This document shows, piece after piece, positions 1 to 12,026 of a DNA stretch of 64,000 nt. A model generated the notes under the pieces. It saw nothing but the letters and a program-made list of their open reading frames with translations, was not told the origin of the DNA and did no database searches. Made by a program: the position numbers and the translations under genes. The DNA is from Macrostomum lignano (Eukaryota). The number at the start of each line of letters is the position of its first letter. Position 1 is the first letter of the stretch. The stretch lies in NCBI GenBank assembly GCA_002269645.1, contig NIVC01000163.1, positions 1-64,000 on the forward strand, in the 5' to 3' direction.

Positions 1-109
1 CTATTTTTATGACTTTTCGAATTGAAAACTAAAGCTAGTAGATTTGTTAAAAATGCAATTTAAATCAAGTTAATTCGGATTGCAATTTAAGGGCGGCAAA
101 GATGCACTT

Positions 110-465
110 TAGTTGAAGGACAGAACCGGAAGTTCGGAACCCATTAAAGGACAGAACCGGAATAAATAGAACCCATTAGAGAATACGACGTAGAACCGGA
201 AGTTGCGGAAACCGTTAATGGACGTAACCGGAAGTAATAGAACCTATTGAAAGACAGAACCGGAAGTAATGGAACCCGTTAGAGAACAGAACCGGAAGTA
301 ATGGAACCCGTTAGAGAACAGAACCGGAAGTGGCGGAAACTTATTAAAAGACAGAACCGGAAGTTGCGGAACCCATTAAAGGACAGAACCGGAAGTAAGG
401 GAACCCATTAGAGAACAGAACCGGAAGTGGCGGAACTTATTATTAAAGGACAGAACCGGAAGTAG
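110..465. repeat. Imperfect tandem minisatellite (~30-35 bp units) with invariant core AGAACCGGAAGT
   Basis: About 10 copies of (g)acagaaccggaagt with variable spacers, downstream of RYBP. Confidence 0.9.
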
Positions 466-508
466 CGATAAGTATTCTCGGATAAATATATAGTCGCATA
501 CAAATTCA

Positions 509-1460
509 TCAATCAAATTTTTGCGGCGATATCTGTGGCGGCGATTCCGACCGTCTGTCAATGGAATCTGTCTCCTCATCCAGCATGCCAGACGAGACCG
601 CTGGGGCGGGTGCGCCAGACGCCGAATGTACATCTTCGTAGTAAGCGACGGTGGCGGCAAATTCGTCGAAGTCAAAAGCGAATTCGGCATCGGAGGCGAA
701 GCAATCGATGTAGAAGAATCGTCCGCATGATCACCTGTAGCTGCTGCATTAGAAGAAGATTCCATTGCAACAGATCGCTTCGATTTGGCAACAGCCGATG
801 CCACACTTGTTTTCGGTTTAAAATCCGTAATAATAACTGTCACTCCGTTAGCAGTGACGGGAATGTGCCTGGCTGTTGATCTGTCAACATTTCTTAATCT
901 GGGCAGCTTCTGGTGATGATGATGATTGCGCGCGCCGCCTAGACTGACAGCGCCGGAGCCCTTACGAAAGGCGCCGCCGCCACCGCCGCTAGTTGGGTGC
1001 TTGGCGCCGCCGGAGGAGAGTCGAGGCAGAGACTGACTGCCGCTCTGGTCGGACTCGGCGTCACCGCCGTGATCACCGGCGCCACCGGGAGCCCCGGCTC
1101 CGGCACTGCCTCCGCCTCGGAGAATGGCGCTCTGGATCATCTCCTGCATCTCCACTACCTGCGGATTTAACCTCGGCTTCCTTGTCGATGTGCCTTTCCT
1201 AGTGTCGCAGATCATGCATTTGAACGACTCGGCCGGATTGCTATAGGTGCAGACACTGCAATCCCAGTTCGATTGCTGCTGATTGCCTACTGAGCCAGAC
1301 GATTGCTGGCCATGGTGATGATGCGAAGCTTGTGATGCTGCGACGGCACATTGGCCGTGTTTGTTGATGAAGCATTCGATGCTGAGTCATCTCCGGCATC
1401 TGACGCTGCCATTGATGAAGACTTTCGTTTGGAGCCAGTTCTAGTGCCTGCTGAAGACAT
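509..1460 (-). CDS. RYBP: RYBP/YAF2 homolog (RanBP2-type zinc finger plus YAF2/RYBP C-terminal RING1B-binding motif); two apparent 1-nt frameshifts
   Basis: Manual translation gives [34 protein letters not shown] (1266-1165) and [31 protein letters not shown], both hallmark RYBP/YAF2 motifs. The ATG at 1460 ([15 protein letters not shown]) is in a different frame from the finger. A natural-looking C-terminus (YEDVHSASG...QKFD*) lies in a third frame ending at TGA 509-511. Confidence 0.88.
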
Positions 1461-3847
1461 CCTTGTGTTTATTTTCCTAACTACTAGTTAGTAGTATAGT
1501 GAGTGGTTAATGTGTTTATAAGTTTGGGTTTGTAGTTGAAGGAGCTGCAATTGAAAGATGCAGTTTGCCAAAATTAAAAAATCTAATAAGCCATATAGGA
1601 ATAAATGTTCAAATTGAGACCCATAAATTTATGCACTTTTTTGTATTAACAATCTGCTAAAACAAGAAGAACCAGATGTCTATTTACACTTCACTTCTTC
1701 CAATAGGACTTAGAAGTCCTAAAATTTTATTATATTTCTGAATTACTGGTTTTATTAAACCAATATTTTTATGCTTCAATTATATTAAACTTGTGATAGG
1801 CATTTAACTGATTTTTCAACTTTGTTGAAGCAATAATTAGACATGGAATATGCAGTAAAGTCTATAATATAAAAAGAAAATAAAAAACTAGAAGCCTTTT
1901 AAAAATTAAAAACAATTTGAATGCTTGAATTTCTAAAGTTAATTAAAATAAGTCTGAAACTTGACAAAAGGCTTTTATAATTCTATGTCTTACATTCAAG
2001 TTAAAGTTAATAAAAATCATCTCTAATAATAAATTTTAGACTTCCTTGCCTTAGAAATTTTTGTATTTTCATTTTGTATTATTTTTTGTTTTTAATTGAT
2101 GAATAGAAGGGATCACAAATGAATTGAAGAAATTGGGTAGAAATAGGAATTAGGAGATTAAGGACTGACAATGTTGCGTTTGAAGAGTTGAGAATTTTAG
2201 GGGTTGTGGGATTTAGGATAGGATAACACATGGCACATCTTGAAGAAATGTAGGGATGCTTGAGCCATTGAAAGCATATTGTGCTTAGATTAAGTTGTGA
2301 GGCTTTTGGAGCCTTGGAGGTTTTAGGAGAAGTGGAATATTATGAATTGAGTTTATAAAACATGGATATGAGGGCACTAATTCTTACAAACCTGGAGGGG
2401 TGAGGTTGGCATTTAGTTTAGATACATTTCATTTGACAAGAAGTAAAGGTGCAAGCCTAATGGTCAAGGGCTGCTAAGGGAATAGGGCTAGATATCAAAT
2501 ATTATGTCCTTCTATACAGGTTTAATTGTTGCAATTCATTGCTTAACTAAAAGCAACTTTAATAAATATGGCCAATAATTTGCTCATAGTGGTTGAACTT
2601 TTTGTCTATGAATAAATTAATCACTGTTTCTTTAAATATATTCTACTAAAAATGAAAGATAAAAGTCAGTCCACATTTATAATCACATTGATAGTCAGTT
2701 TATACAGAATGAATTCATTTAATTATCAAAATTAACATTATTTATTGACAAGTGATAGATAATAAGATAAGCATATGTGGGATTATAGAATAGAATCTTC
2801 CATCTTAGTCTCTTTTAAAAAAACAGGGAACAATAATAGGTATTTGCTATAGATGTAGGCCTAGCATTTGGCCATATCAAATCAAACTAGTAACTTAACC
2901 ATCAGACAAAATTGACATACTGCCACATCTTACACTTCTGCAAGTTAAAATATTTACTCCCAGTAACGAGCAAAGTCACTAGGACCTATATTTTGAAAAA
3001 TAATTAAATGTGTGAAACTAGACTAGAGTAGGCCTATTGCCCTAGGGCCTATTGTATTTTTTAAATAAAAAAAAAACTGAGCCTGAGAATCTGAGATCTT
3101 TTGCTAGTATGAAAAATCAAAGTCAAGGTCTAATATAAGGAGGCGATTTTCAAAGTCAGGATGTTATACTGCAACAGCATAAAAGCATTATTGATAGCAT
3201 CCCTATTAGTATTATTGCACAAAAAATAGGCCTAAACCTAGGAAACTAGGATAGAAGATAGGCCCCCTAGTTAGGTAGGCTAGACTAGAGGTCTGCAAGG
3301 TAGATTTCTACTGGGCAAACAGGTCTCCTCTTAGGCCTGTGCTGTATAGGCATGTATAAATATGTCTTCATACTGTCAAGCAACAACAATGCAACACTTT
3401 GTCTTTAGGGTTGATTCTAGCTAATAACTAACCTAATGACTATAATTCCAATGCTAGGCCTAACTCCCTACCCTAAGCATGTGAGGTTCCTGCCAGACGT
3501 TATAAACGATAGTATTAAATATCCTTCCGAGTATCTGTCTAGACACCCACGCATCAAGCATCAGCTAAGCAAGTAGGCAAGCAGCAACAAGGTCTTTTTT
3601 TAAACGATAAGACCGTTAAAGAACACTCGTTTTTTAAATTAACTTTCCAAGAAAAATAACAAGCAAACAAAAAAGGTTAAGAAGTAAATAAAAAAAAATT
3701 TTTAGAACCAATATATAATAGTTTCAAACCATTAGTAAGTTTTATTTCCTGAAATGGTGAATACAGTGTATTTAAATGAAAAAAACTTTATTGTGTCTGC
3801 TGCTTATAATTAATGTTTCCTCTTCAATTGTTGATCTATTAAATATA

Positions 3848-5607
3848 ACGGGTGATCCAAAAAATGGACAAACTTTGTAGTGAAACTGTGCCAAGGCAAT
3901 ACAGTGAATCTTTACAGCCTCGCAGCAGGTGAATCCTAGCTGACACCTGTAAGATTTTTTCTGCCAACTTTGGAATGAATATCTTTAGCCAGTTTCCTAA
4001 AATAGCCATTCTAAATTTAGCCAACAGTCACTTTCAACTTGAAGCCATAGACAGTAGATGTGTAATTGTAGGAATGACCGCATGACAGCCAACACACAAG
4101 AAGATCTGCTTTATTTAAGGTCAGATTTATTGAAACAATGAAGCAATGAAACAATGAATAATTTAAAACAAAGGAGCAATAAAATTTTGTCTTCATCCTT
4201 TCCCCAGTCACCTGTGTCGCAGCTGTCGACCATCGGCTTCAACGCACTCCTGCAGACGAGGCAGAAACGCGTCAACAGCATTACGCACTGCTTGCATGCT
4301 GTTTGTTCTGATGTCATTGAAAGCAGCAACGATTGCTCAACATGGCGACGTTCAGGAAGCCTCCGTTTGCGAAAACGCGGTCTTTCACAAAGCCCCACAG
4401 AAAATAGTCCACAGGATTGAGGTCAGGAGACCTTGAGGGCCACGGCATGTCAAAAAGCTTACCAATTATTCTGTTGTGTCCGAATGTATCATGCAGAAAT
4501 GCCCGCGTGGCCAAAGCAGTGTGAGCTGGGGCTCCATCCTGCATAAACCAGATGTTACCTGGTTCAATGCGCATTGCCTCGAGATCTGGCAGAAGAAAAT
4601 GCTCGAGCACGTTGGTACGCTGCAGCTGATACTTTGCCAGGAAAAAAATAAGGACCTCCGAGCCAATGTTGAGACATTGCTGCAAGCACATGTGTCCGCT
4701 GGGCATTCTGGTGCAGACCTGCTGGAGGAATGTCTGGCTGCGAACTGCGAACGGCCCAGGATCTGTCATTCCAAAGATTGACTGTTCCGTCGGTACGGAA
4801 TGCGGCCTCGTCAACAAAAAGGATAAATGGAGCGCCATTCTCAGACGTTTGCAGCATGTTGGTGCACAGTTCTGTGCGTTGTACAAAATCGGGCTCCGTC
4901 AGTCCATGTTTCACTTCTGTTCGGTACGGGTACATGTGCAAGTCCAGTTTGGCAATCCGTTGGGTCGAAGTGTACGAGAGCCCAGTACTTGCAGCCACCT
5001 GTCTTAACGACGTGCGAGATTCGTCCAGTTCTTGCAGAACTTCCAGAATTCTCTCCTCAGTGCGAGCACTTCTGGGACGTCCACTGTTTCCTTTATGTGC
5101 CTGCTTGACTGTCTTCTTGTCGGTGAACTTCTTAATCAGTTTGCTCACGTTGCTTGCAGAGCAGAGCGGAATTTCGACAGCGTTTTCCTGTTGATTTCTC
5201 CAGAAGTTGAACCTCCGAGCTGCTGATGTTACGCTACTGCCATTTGCGTAGTAAAATTGCAGAATTCTCACTCGATCTTCCTCAGTGAATTTGCTGGCCA
5301 TCTCGATAAAGCACAATTCTGCCACTGGCAGTGAATTAATTTTCATCCTGACTTTGGCTTTAAGTTGAAAGTGTCTTTGGTTGTTTCTGCAATTACACAT
5401 CTACTGTATATTGCTTCAAGTTGAAAGTGACTGTTGGCTAAATTTAGAATGGCTATTTTAGGAAACTGGATAAAGATATCCATTCCAAAGTTGGCAGAAA
5501 AAATCTTACAGGTGTCAGGATTCACCTGCTGCGAGCCTGTAAAGATTCACTGTATTGCCTTGGCACAGTTTCACTACAAAGTTTGTCCATTTTTTTGGAT
5601 CACCCGT
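3848..5607 (-). mobile_element. Tc1/mariner DNA transposon, rosa/DD41D-like, with ~220-bp terminal inverted repeats and TA TSD
   Basis: TA|ACGGGTGATCCAAAAAATGGAC...GTCCATTTTTTTGGATCACCCGT|TA. TIRs at ~3848-4068 and ~5390-5607 are nearly identical. Contains an internal transposase. Confidence 0.95.
4200..5301 (-). pseudogene. Frameshifted mariner-family transposase
   Basis: HTH N-terminus MASKFTEEDRVRILQFYY, then FVDEAAF, WFMQDGAPAHT and WPSRSPDLNPVDYFLWG. Frameshift at ~4612 and further shifts near 4330. Confidence 0.92.
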
Positions 5608-5779
5608 TACATTTTTATGAAAATCCAAACCGAATGCATGAAAAACTGTCATGTAATACTGTACATAAAATGTACAGAATGCAAGCGAAAAGCCATAATT
5701 TTTACGTGCAACAGCTAGTATGTATTAGAGATGGGTGTAATTAAAATTGTTTAAAGAAATTGAATACATGTACGTATTC

Positions 5780-8650
5780 ATAACAACAACAACAAATTAC
5801 AACAACCCTGGGCAAGCCAAGTTGGGTTGCTGTCAAAAGGCGCGCGCAAGCGCAGATTTACGCAAAATAGCGAGTCCGCGAGAGTCAGAGATTTCAGCGT
5901 CTTTTAGAAGCAGGTCGACGAAACGCAGACTCCTCGTCTGACCAAGCCGCCGCGGCCCTTGAAGTTATATACATTGTATAGCAGCAGCACGTCCTGAAGC
6001 GGCTCAGGGCACTACTGCTCTGCCCGGATAGCGTGGCCAACCAGCTGTAGGCGCCGGATTTGCAGCAGGAGACTGGGTCGTCAGTGCTGCTCGTCATTGC
6101 TGATATGTTTGGTGGTGGCGGATCGGCGAGTAGTGCAGGACACCGAAGGCGGCTTTCAGGAGTTGCCGCTCCTGCGGGCCGGTCAGTGTCCACGTTTCAG
6201 CATTGTTTAGTAGTATGGTTTCTATGACGACCTGATCGAACAGCCGCCCTCTCAGCCGATCCGGCAGCGCGGGGCACTGCAGGACAGTCCGCATGGTGCG
6301 GAATTAATGCGCCCCAGGCAAGCGCCCTGCGCTGTGCCATGTCATCCGTGATGCTTGGCACAAGACCGCCGAGGTAGACGAACTCTTTGCAGTGGGGCAG
6401 CAACGCCACCTGCCCGTTCGTGCAGCGGCAGTAGATCTCAGCTGCATGGGAGGTCCGTCGGCACGGTCAGCACCATTGTCTTTTTGGTGTTCACAGACAG
6501 TCCGATCGCAGCGGCCGCCGCCGTCAGCTGGTCCAGCAGGCGTTGAGCTCCTTCAGCTGTGCTAGACTGCAGCGCTAGGTCGTCTGCGTAGGCTAGGACG
6601 GAGAGTCACTTCTCGGGGTGGTCGCCTGCTTGTTCCGCGGCGGAGCAAGAATCCTTTGGAGTCGTCAGGGAGGCCAGTGCGCAGTACCCAGTCCAAGACC
6701 AGGACGAACTGAAATGGAGCCAAGGTGTCCCCTTGGAGAACGCCGGAAGACGTGTCGAAGAAGTCGGAAAGGCTTCCGACCGTCACAACTGCCGCCCTAG
6801 TCTCCTGGTACAGAGCTAACACAGCCATCACCAGCTGCTCCGGTACGTGATACGCGCGCAGGATGTTGGCGATTACCCGCCTCGACACCGAGTCAAAGGT
6901 CTTCAGGAAGTCTACGAAGATGCAGATGATGGTCGACTGGTGGATGCTGGCCTCTTCTAGAATTCGACGCAGAGCGAGAATTTGGGTCACGGTGCCTCTG
7001 CCTGGCCGGAATCCGTTTTGCTCGCGCCGGAGGAACGGGTCCAGCACCGGCTGCAGCCGCGACAGCAGAACTCTGTTAAATAGGTTAGCTGTGCAGGACA
7101 TTAGCGAAATCCCGCGATGTTCTTCGACCTTGGCGGAATCTGGTTTCTTTGGGATCCCGACGATATGCGCAGTCCCCCAGGTGGGGCCCCCAGCTAGCAC
7201 GTATTTCATCACTCGCATGACTTCCAACATGACCTGCGGGATTCGCAGCACCTCGACAGGCACGTCGTCTGGTCCAGTAGCCTTGTTGCCAGGCGTCTTC
7301 TTTGCAAGTTGGAGCACCTCGTCGATGGTGATGGGGCTGACGTTAAAGGAGCTCTCCTCTGGCAGCTCAACCTCGGTAGGCAATGATATATTGTCCCTTT
7401 GCGGCGGAGGGGGCGCGTCGACGATACCAGAGAATAAGGCCCGCAGCTCGTTTCGCCTCTCTTCGGGCGTGTCACCCACATGGCTCAGAGCCTTGCGTCT
7501 CTTGCGGCCTGTCAGCCGATTGACGACCGACCAGACGGCACGCGGTTTATTGTCGGGACCGGCGTCCGTGATCTCCTGGAGTAGCGCTTTGGCTGTTTTT
7601 TCGGTGGTCGATATGGCGGGTCCCTCAGGCGCAGGTTGCAGTAGAGCAGCCTATGGTCTGACTGCACTGCCAACGGGGCCACTGTATCGCAGTTGGTCAC
7701 TTGTCGTCGTTCTCGCTGGCGAAGCAGCACGTGGTCGAGCTGTGCGAGTATCTTCGTAGCAAATTTTCCTCACGCTTTCCGACCTGGCCGTTTAAAGCCA
7801 GCAAATGCTGCCAATCTGTGAAGCGGCTTCCTGAACAGCTTCTTTGCTGAGACCAGGTCGTGGCGGTCCATGAAATCCACTAGGGCATTAGTGTTGTTGT
7901 TTTCGCGTGGCGTTACAAAGCGGGCGCGCTCGGATCTTTGCATGACGGCGTTGAGATCTCCAGTACAGTGTCGCGTTGAGCGGTCTTCTCCAGCTGTGCT
8001 GACAGGAACTCCAGAACTCCTGTGCTCCTCTGGGTGCGCAGCCGTGGGCGCATAGGCACAGAAGAGCCGCATGTTACGCTTGCGGAGTCGAATGTCGAAG
8101 CGCAGAAGCCGCGGCGACAGGCTCTCACAGCGTGTACTTTTCTGAAGCCTCGGCCCTGTTACGAGCTAGAACGCCAATTCCTCCCCGACCTTTCGAGTCT
8201 GCTGATGTGTATTGCAGGAGCCAGCCGCCGCCTATAGGTGCTCCTGGTGAAGCCCAGGCATATCAAGTTGTAGGTCGCCTTCAAGCTGGGCCAAAAGATG
8301 TTGTCTCCACTTTGCTCGCAATGTTCGGCAGTTCCATGTAGCAATTCTGAGCTGTTGCTGTGCGCATTTTGGTTCGGCTGGGGTCCGGTGATTTTAAACC
8401 TCACGGTCCCTGGCGCCACCCAGCGGATCCGCACCACCAGTTGGGAGGGGCAGGCTGCTTGCGGCTCGTCGCTCGCGTCCCCGAAGTCGACCACGGCGAT
8501 TTCGCTCACGGCGCCGTTCTTTACTTCGACACTCACTACGGTGGCCCCGCCGAGTGGGTGGTGTGCCGCTCTTGGCAGCCGCAGCAGAAGCGCGGCTCTC
8601 CGCTAAGGTTGTGGAACGCACGGCTAGCATGCTTGGCGGCGGCACCAGGA
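5780..8650 (-). mobile_element. Near-full-length RTE-type non-LTR retrotransposon (APE + RT), multiply frameshifted
   Basis: APE motifs LRIATWNCRTL (~8350), GDLNA and SDH. RT motifs NKATGPDD, QNGFRPGRGT, FVDFLKTFDSV, GVLQGDTLAP and VLAYADDLAL (~6590). RTE-like ETILLNNAETWTL. (TTG)n-rich tail at ~5782-5805. Confidence 0.9.
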
Positions 8651-8825
8651 GGCTGGTACTTAAATAGACTGCAACTCATATTCATAAGTATTACACCAAG
8701 ATCAGAGCGGCGTGAAGCACAACAGAAATAAATTAAATTTGCTGTTTAGGTTACATCCATAGAATATTCTGCGGGTCATACACGCTCGTATCTAAAAAAA
8801 ATGCTTAAAAACGCAGGCTGCACCA

Positions 8826-8915
8826 CCAAGCTGAATCCCCGGGCGCCGGCATCAGCCAGCAGGCACTCGAGGAAACGCCGAGTGCGTTCCTGTATCCCCT
8901 GCCGCACCGGTAAGG
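8826..8915 (-). mobile_element. Short fragment of the RTE 3' region
   Basis: Visibly similar (roughly 75% by eye) to 13080-13160: gaatcc..ggcgccgg..tcagccagc.ggca.tcga.gaaacgccgagtgcg. Confidence 0.6.
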
Positions 8916-10133
8916 ATGCAATTGATTGCAGCCTTTTCACCCTTTTCGCAAACGACTATAATGGTGAAGTGAATGGAAATGATTTGGCCTGCCAGTTAGA
9001 GTTGCTGACGGAGCAGCAGGTGACGGAGCGGAGTTGCTGACGGAGCGGAGCTCGCAGACTAGCTGCAGATCCTCGCTGACGAATTGGGAACCAAGTAAGA
9101 CGACGAATTGTTAACACCGCGGAAGTTCCAACTTCCACCGCCTGTCTATCAGGTCTGTCCAGCTGCTCTGGCAGGTCGCATTGTCCATACATGACTTCTG
9201 TGGTCACTGGCCTGCAGCTATGCGGAGCTTCTGGACCTTCAGCAGGTGGCAACAGGTAACTTGAAACATCCATGCAGTGGCAAAAACTGTTATGTCCGAT
9301 TTCGCTGATCAAGCCTCAACAGTGAGCACGCCTCAACTGCTGCACATTCCCAGCTATAGCCCCTAAGCATTCAGTTATCATCCTGACGGGCTGTCAGCAA
9401 CTTCAACGGATGGCCATAGTGCACCCGGTTGCGACTTTAGTAGTTCTCTAGCATGTGCATCTAAATCTCGCATTGAGTAGAGGAAAATAAAAGGTCCTGA
9501 AAATGCATAACTAAACAATTTAGCGCTCCCATAAAATCCCATAATGGTAGAAATTACGATAACATGCAACTATATGGATATACGAGTGCTAAATGCTTGC
9601 AGAAGACAGTGATACAAAAAGTTACACCTATGGTAACAAAATTAAATAGCTTTGTTTCAAATATTGAGTTAGTGAACTGGCATCTCGAAGCTACACACAT
9701 TGAATTCATGCAGTACAAATGAAGGTGTGTGTCTAAAAAGTACTGCATGTGTAGATTGTACCCTAATTTGAGAAAAACAATTGCATCGATCACCCCATTT
9801 TCTCGTAACGACATTTGTCAGTTTTCTCACAAAAAACCGGTAATGATAAACTCAGCTCAAACTGCGCCTTATTTATTACGCTATTTTTGTAACACACAGA
9901 CCATATTTAACAGGTTTATCACTTGAGTGCGTCCCTAATTGATTCCAGGCGCTGTTCTGGGATAACAACTTGCCATGGGAAAGCTGCAAGGTGGTTACAC
10001 GCGCCATTAAAGTTTTTTCTATAAATTATCCTTACATTATTGTGTAATTCTTTACAGTTCGAATTCTTACGGTACGGTACAATTTAGCTCTATAACTCTA
10101 CATAGCGGTGCATTTGTGCAATTAGACAACAAG

Positions 10134-12026
10134 ATGCGACAAAGCATTCTGCTGCTGCTTCTGGGCCTCTGCGTCTGCTCAATCTACTCTAGCGGGGAGA
10201 GCACCTTCAGAGAAGTCTGCTACGATGGACTGGGCTGCTTCAGCACCCGAGGGAACTTCTATGACTCCGTCAACCGACCTATTCAGGTACTGCCGCAGGA
10301 TCCCGACAGAATTCGGCCGACCTTTGCCCTGTACACCAGGCGCAATGTCAACACTGCTCAGAACCTGGTCTACAACAACAGGGACAGCGTGAGGAAGTCC
10401 AACTTCAGGTCAAGCGCACCAACTAAGATCATCATTCACGGCTTCACGGACAACGGAAACTCCGATTGGAACAAGGCGATGAAGGTTGCTCTGTTGAACG
10501 CAGGCGACTACAACGTCATCCAGCTGGACTGGAGTCAGGGCAACGGCTATCCTTACACGTTGGTGAGTTGTTATAAAATTGACTCACCTAATTGCCTGGC
10601 TGTAGGGTATAAACTATAATGTTCAAAGCGGCAGCTGACTTTAGTTGCAACCCAGAAGAATTCAAAGAACCCAACCAAACCGCAGGCCACTGCGAACACC
10701 CGTGTCGTCGGCGCCCTCGTCGCCCAGTTCATCGTCTGGCTGGAGTCGAACTTTGGCGCCAACCGGGAGAACTTCCACCTCATCGGCCACAGCCTGGGTG
10801 CTCACGTTTCCGGCTACGCAGGCGAACGGTTGAGCACTGGAAGCAAGAAGCTGGGCCGCATCACAGGAATGGATCCCGCCGGACCCTACTTTGAGTACAC
10901 TCACCCGGAGGTTCGACTCGATCCAACTGATGCTCGGTTCGTTGACGCGATCCACACCGACGGAGACAGCACGTTGAGCATCATCAAACTTTCGGGCGGG
11001 TTCGGTCTGATGCAGCCGGTGGGACACGTGGACTTCTACCCGAACGGTGGCAAATCGCAGCCGAACTGCAACGAACCACCGAGCGATAGTGTCAGCGGCA
11101 TCATCGGCGGCACAGTCTGGCGCATGACCTGCAGTCACAATCGCGTTCGTGCAATGATGATCAGCACCATTGCCAATCCGCGACGCAATTATGTGGTGAG
11201 TTTGCCATTCTTTTGTTTAGAGTGGTGTCGTGTGTTGATTACTAGTTTAGCAGATGGATGCGGATGATTTATCAAAACATGACTATCGTTACGTGGTGAA
11301 ATGAGTCAGTTCTATTATTATTCAAAAATGCCTGCAGGCCTATCCCTGTGCCAGCTACGAGGACTTCAAGGCTGGAAGGTGCAGGACCTGCGGCACCACT
11401 GGCTGCGCCAGCATGGGCATGCGAGCTGCCGAATGGAGGCCCAACGGCCGAGTGAACGTGAAGATGTTCTTGGACACTGCCGGCACTGAGCCATTCGAGA
11501 GTGAGAGCAGTTTTCAAAATAACTACTAGACATATATGCCATTTTTATCTAAATTGCTGTTGCTGATGGACCATCTAGACTGCATTTAACACATACGAAA
11601 AGATTAGTAGATAGATACATGCATTATAATAAGAGGTTGTAGCCAAGTGGTCAGAGCGTCGGACTTACGACAGCAAGGGCGGGGGTTCGATTCTCGATCC
11701 ACTCGGAACAATTAGTGTCCTTGAGCAAGACACTTAACTCTGCATTGCTTCAGTTCACCCAGCTGTAAAATGGGTGCCAGCATTAGGTGGGGTAATTCAG
11801 GGTGTGTGTGGCGACCTCCCAGTCGTTGGACTGAACAGCCGTACGCAGCCTTCAGATGCGCCGCGCAATAGCTGCGGCTGAGCTGTTGTTGGTTGCAAAG
11901 GTGCCTATTAGGGCAGGTGTAATCAATTATTATTATCATTAGATAAATATTTTGTACAAGATATGCTACAGACTTTAATACATTGTGATGAAACCCGTAA
12001 TTTTATTCCTCCCAGGTCGAGGTTAG
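10134..12026 (+). CDS. Secreted pancreatic-lipase-family enzyme, copy 1; exons 10134-10562, 10686-11195, 11338-11500, 12016-12026; 370 aa; no PLAT domain
   Basis: Signal peptide; EVCYDGLGCF; IIIHGF; GHSLGAH (Ser); GMDPAGPYF (Asp); GHVDFYPNGG; CSH (His). All GT-AG junctions keep frame. Confidence 0.93.
11633..11940 (+). mobile_element. tRNA-derived CORE-type SINE in intron 3 of lipase copy 1
   Basis: A box TAGCCAAGTGG and B box GGTTCGATTC, followed by GTGTCCTTGAGCAAGACACTTAACTCTGCATTGCTTCAGTTCACCCAGCTGTAAAATGGG, which matches the MIR CORE pattern. Ends in an (ATT)n tail. Absent from the paralogous intron. Confidence 0.8.

Noticed and set aside
8630-8670. HDV-like ribozyme at the RTE 5' end (minus strand CCAGCCTCCT matches the HDV P3/L3 text)
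   Set aside because: P1, P1.1 (GG) and P2 partners could not be assembled; it folds as a simple ACCAG/CTGGT hairpin.
11633-11705. tRNA gene
   Set aside because: A and B boxes are present, but I could not fold a convincing cloverleaf and it continues into a CORE domain and tail, so it is a SINE head.
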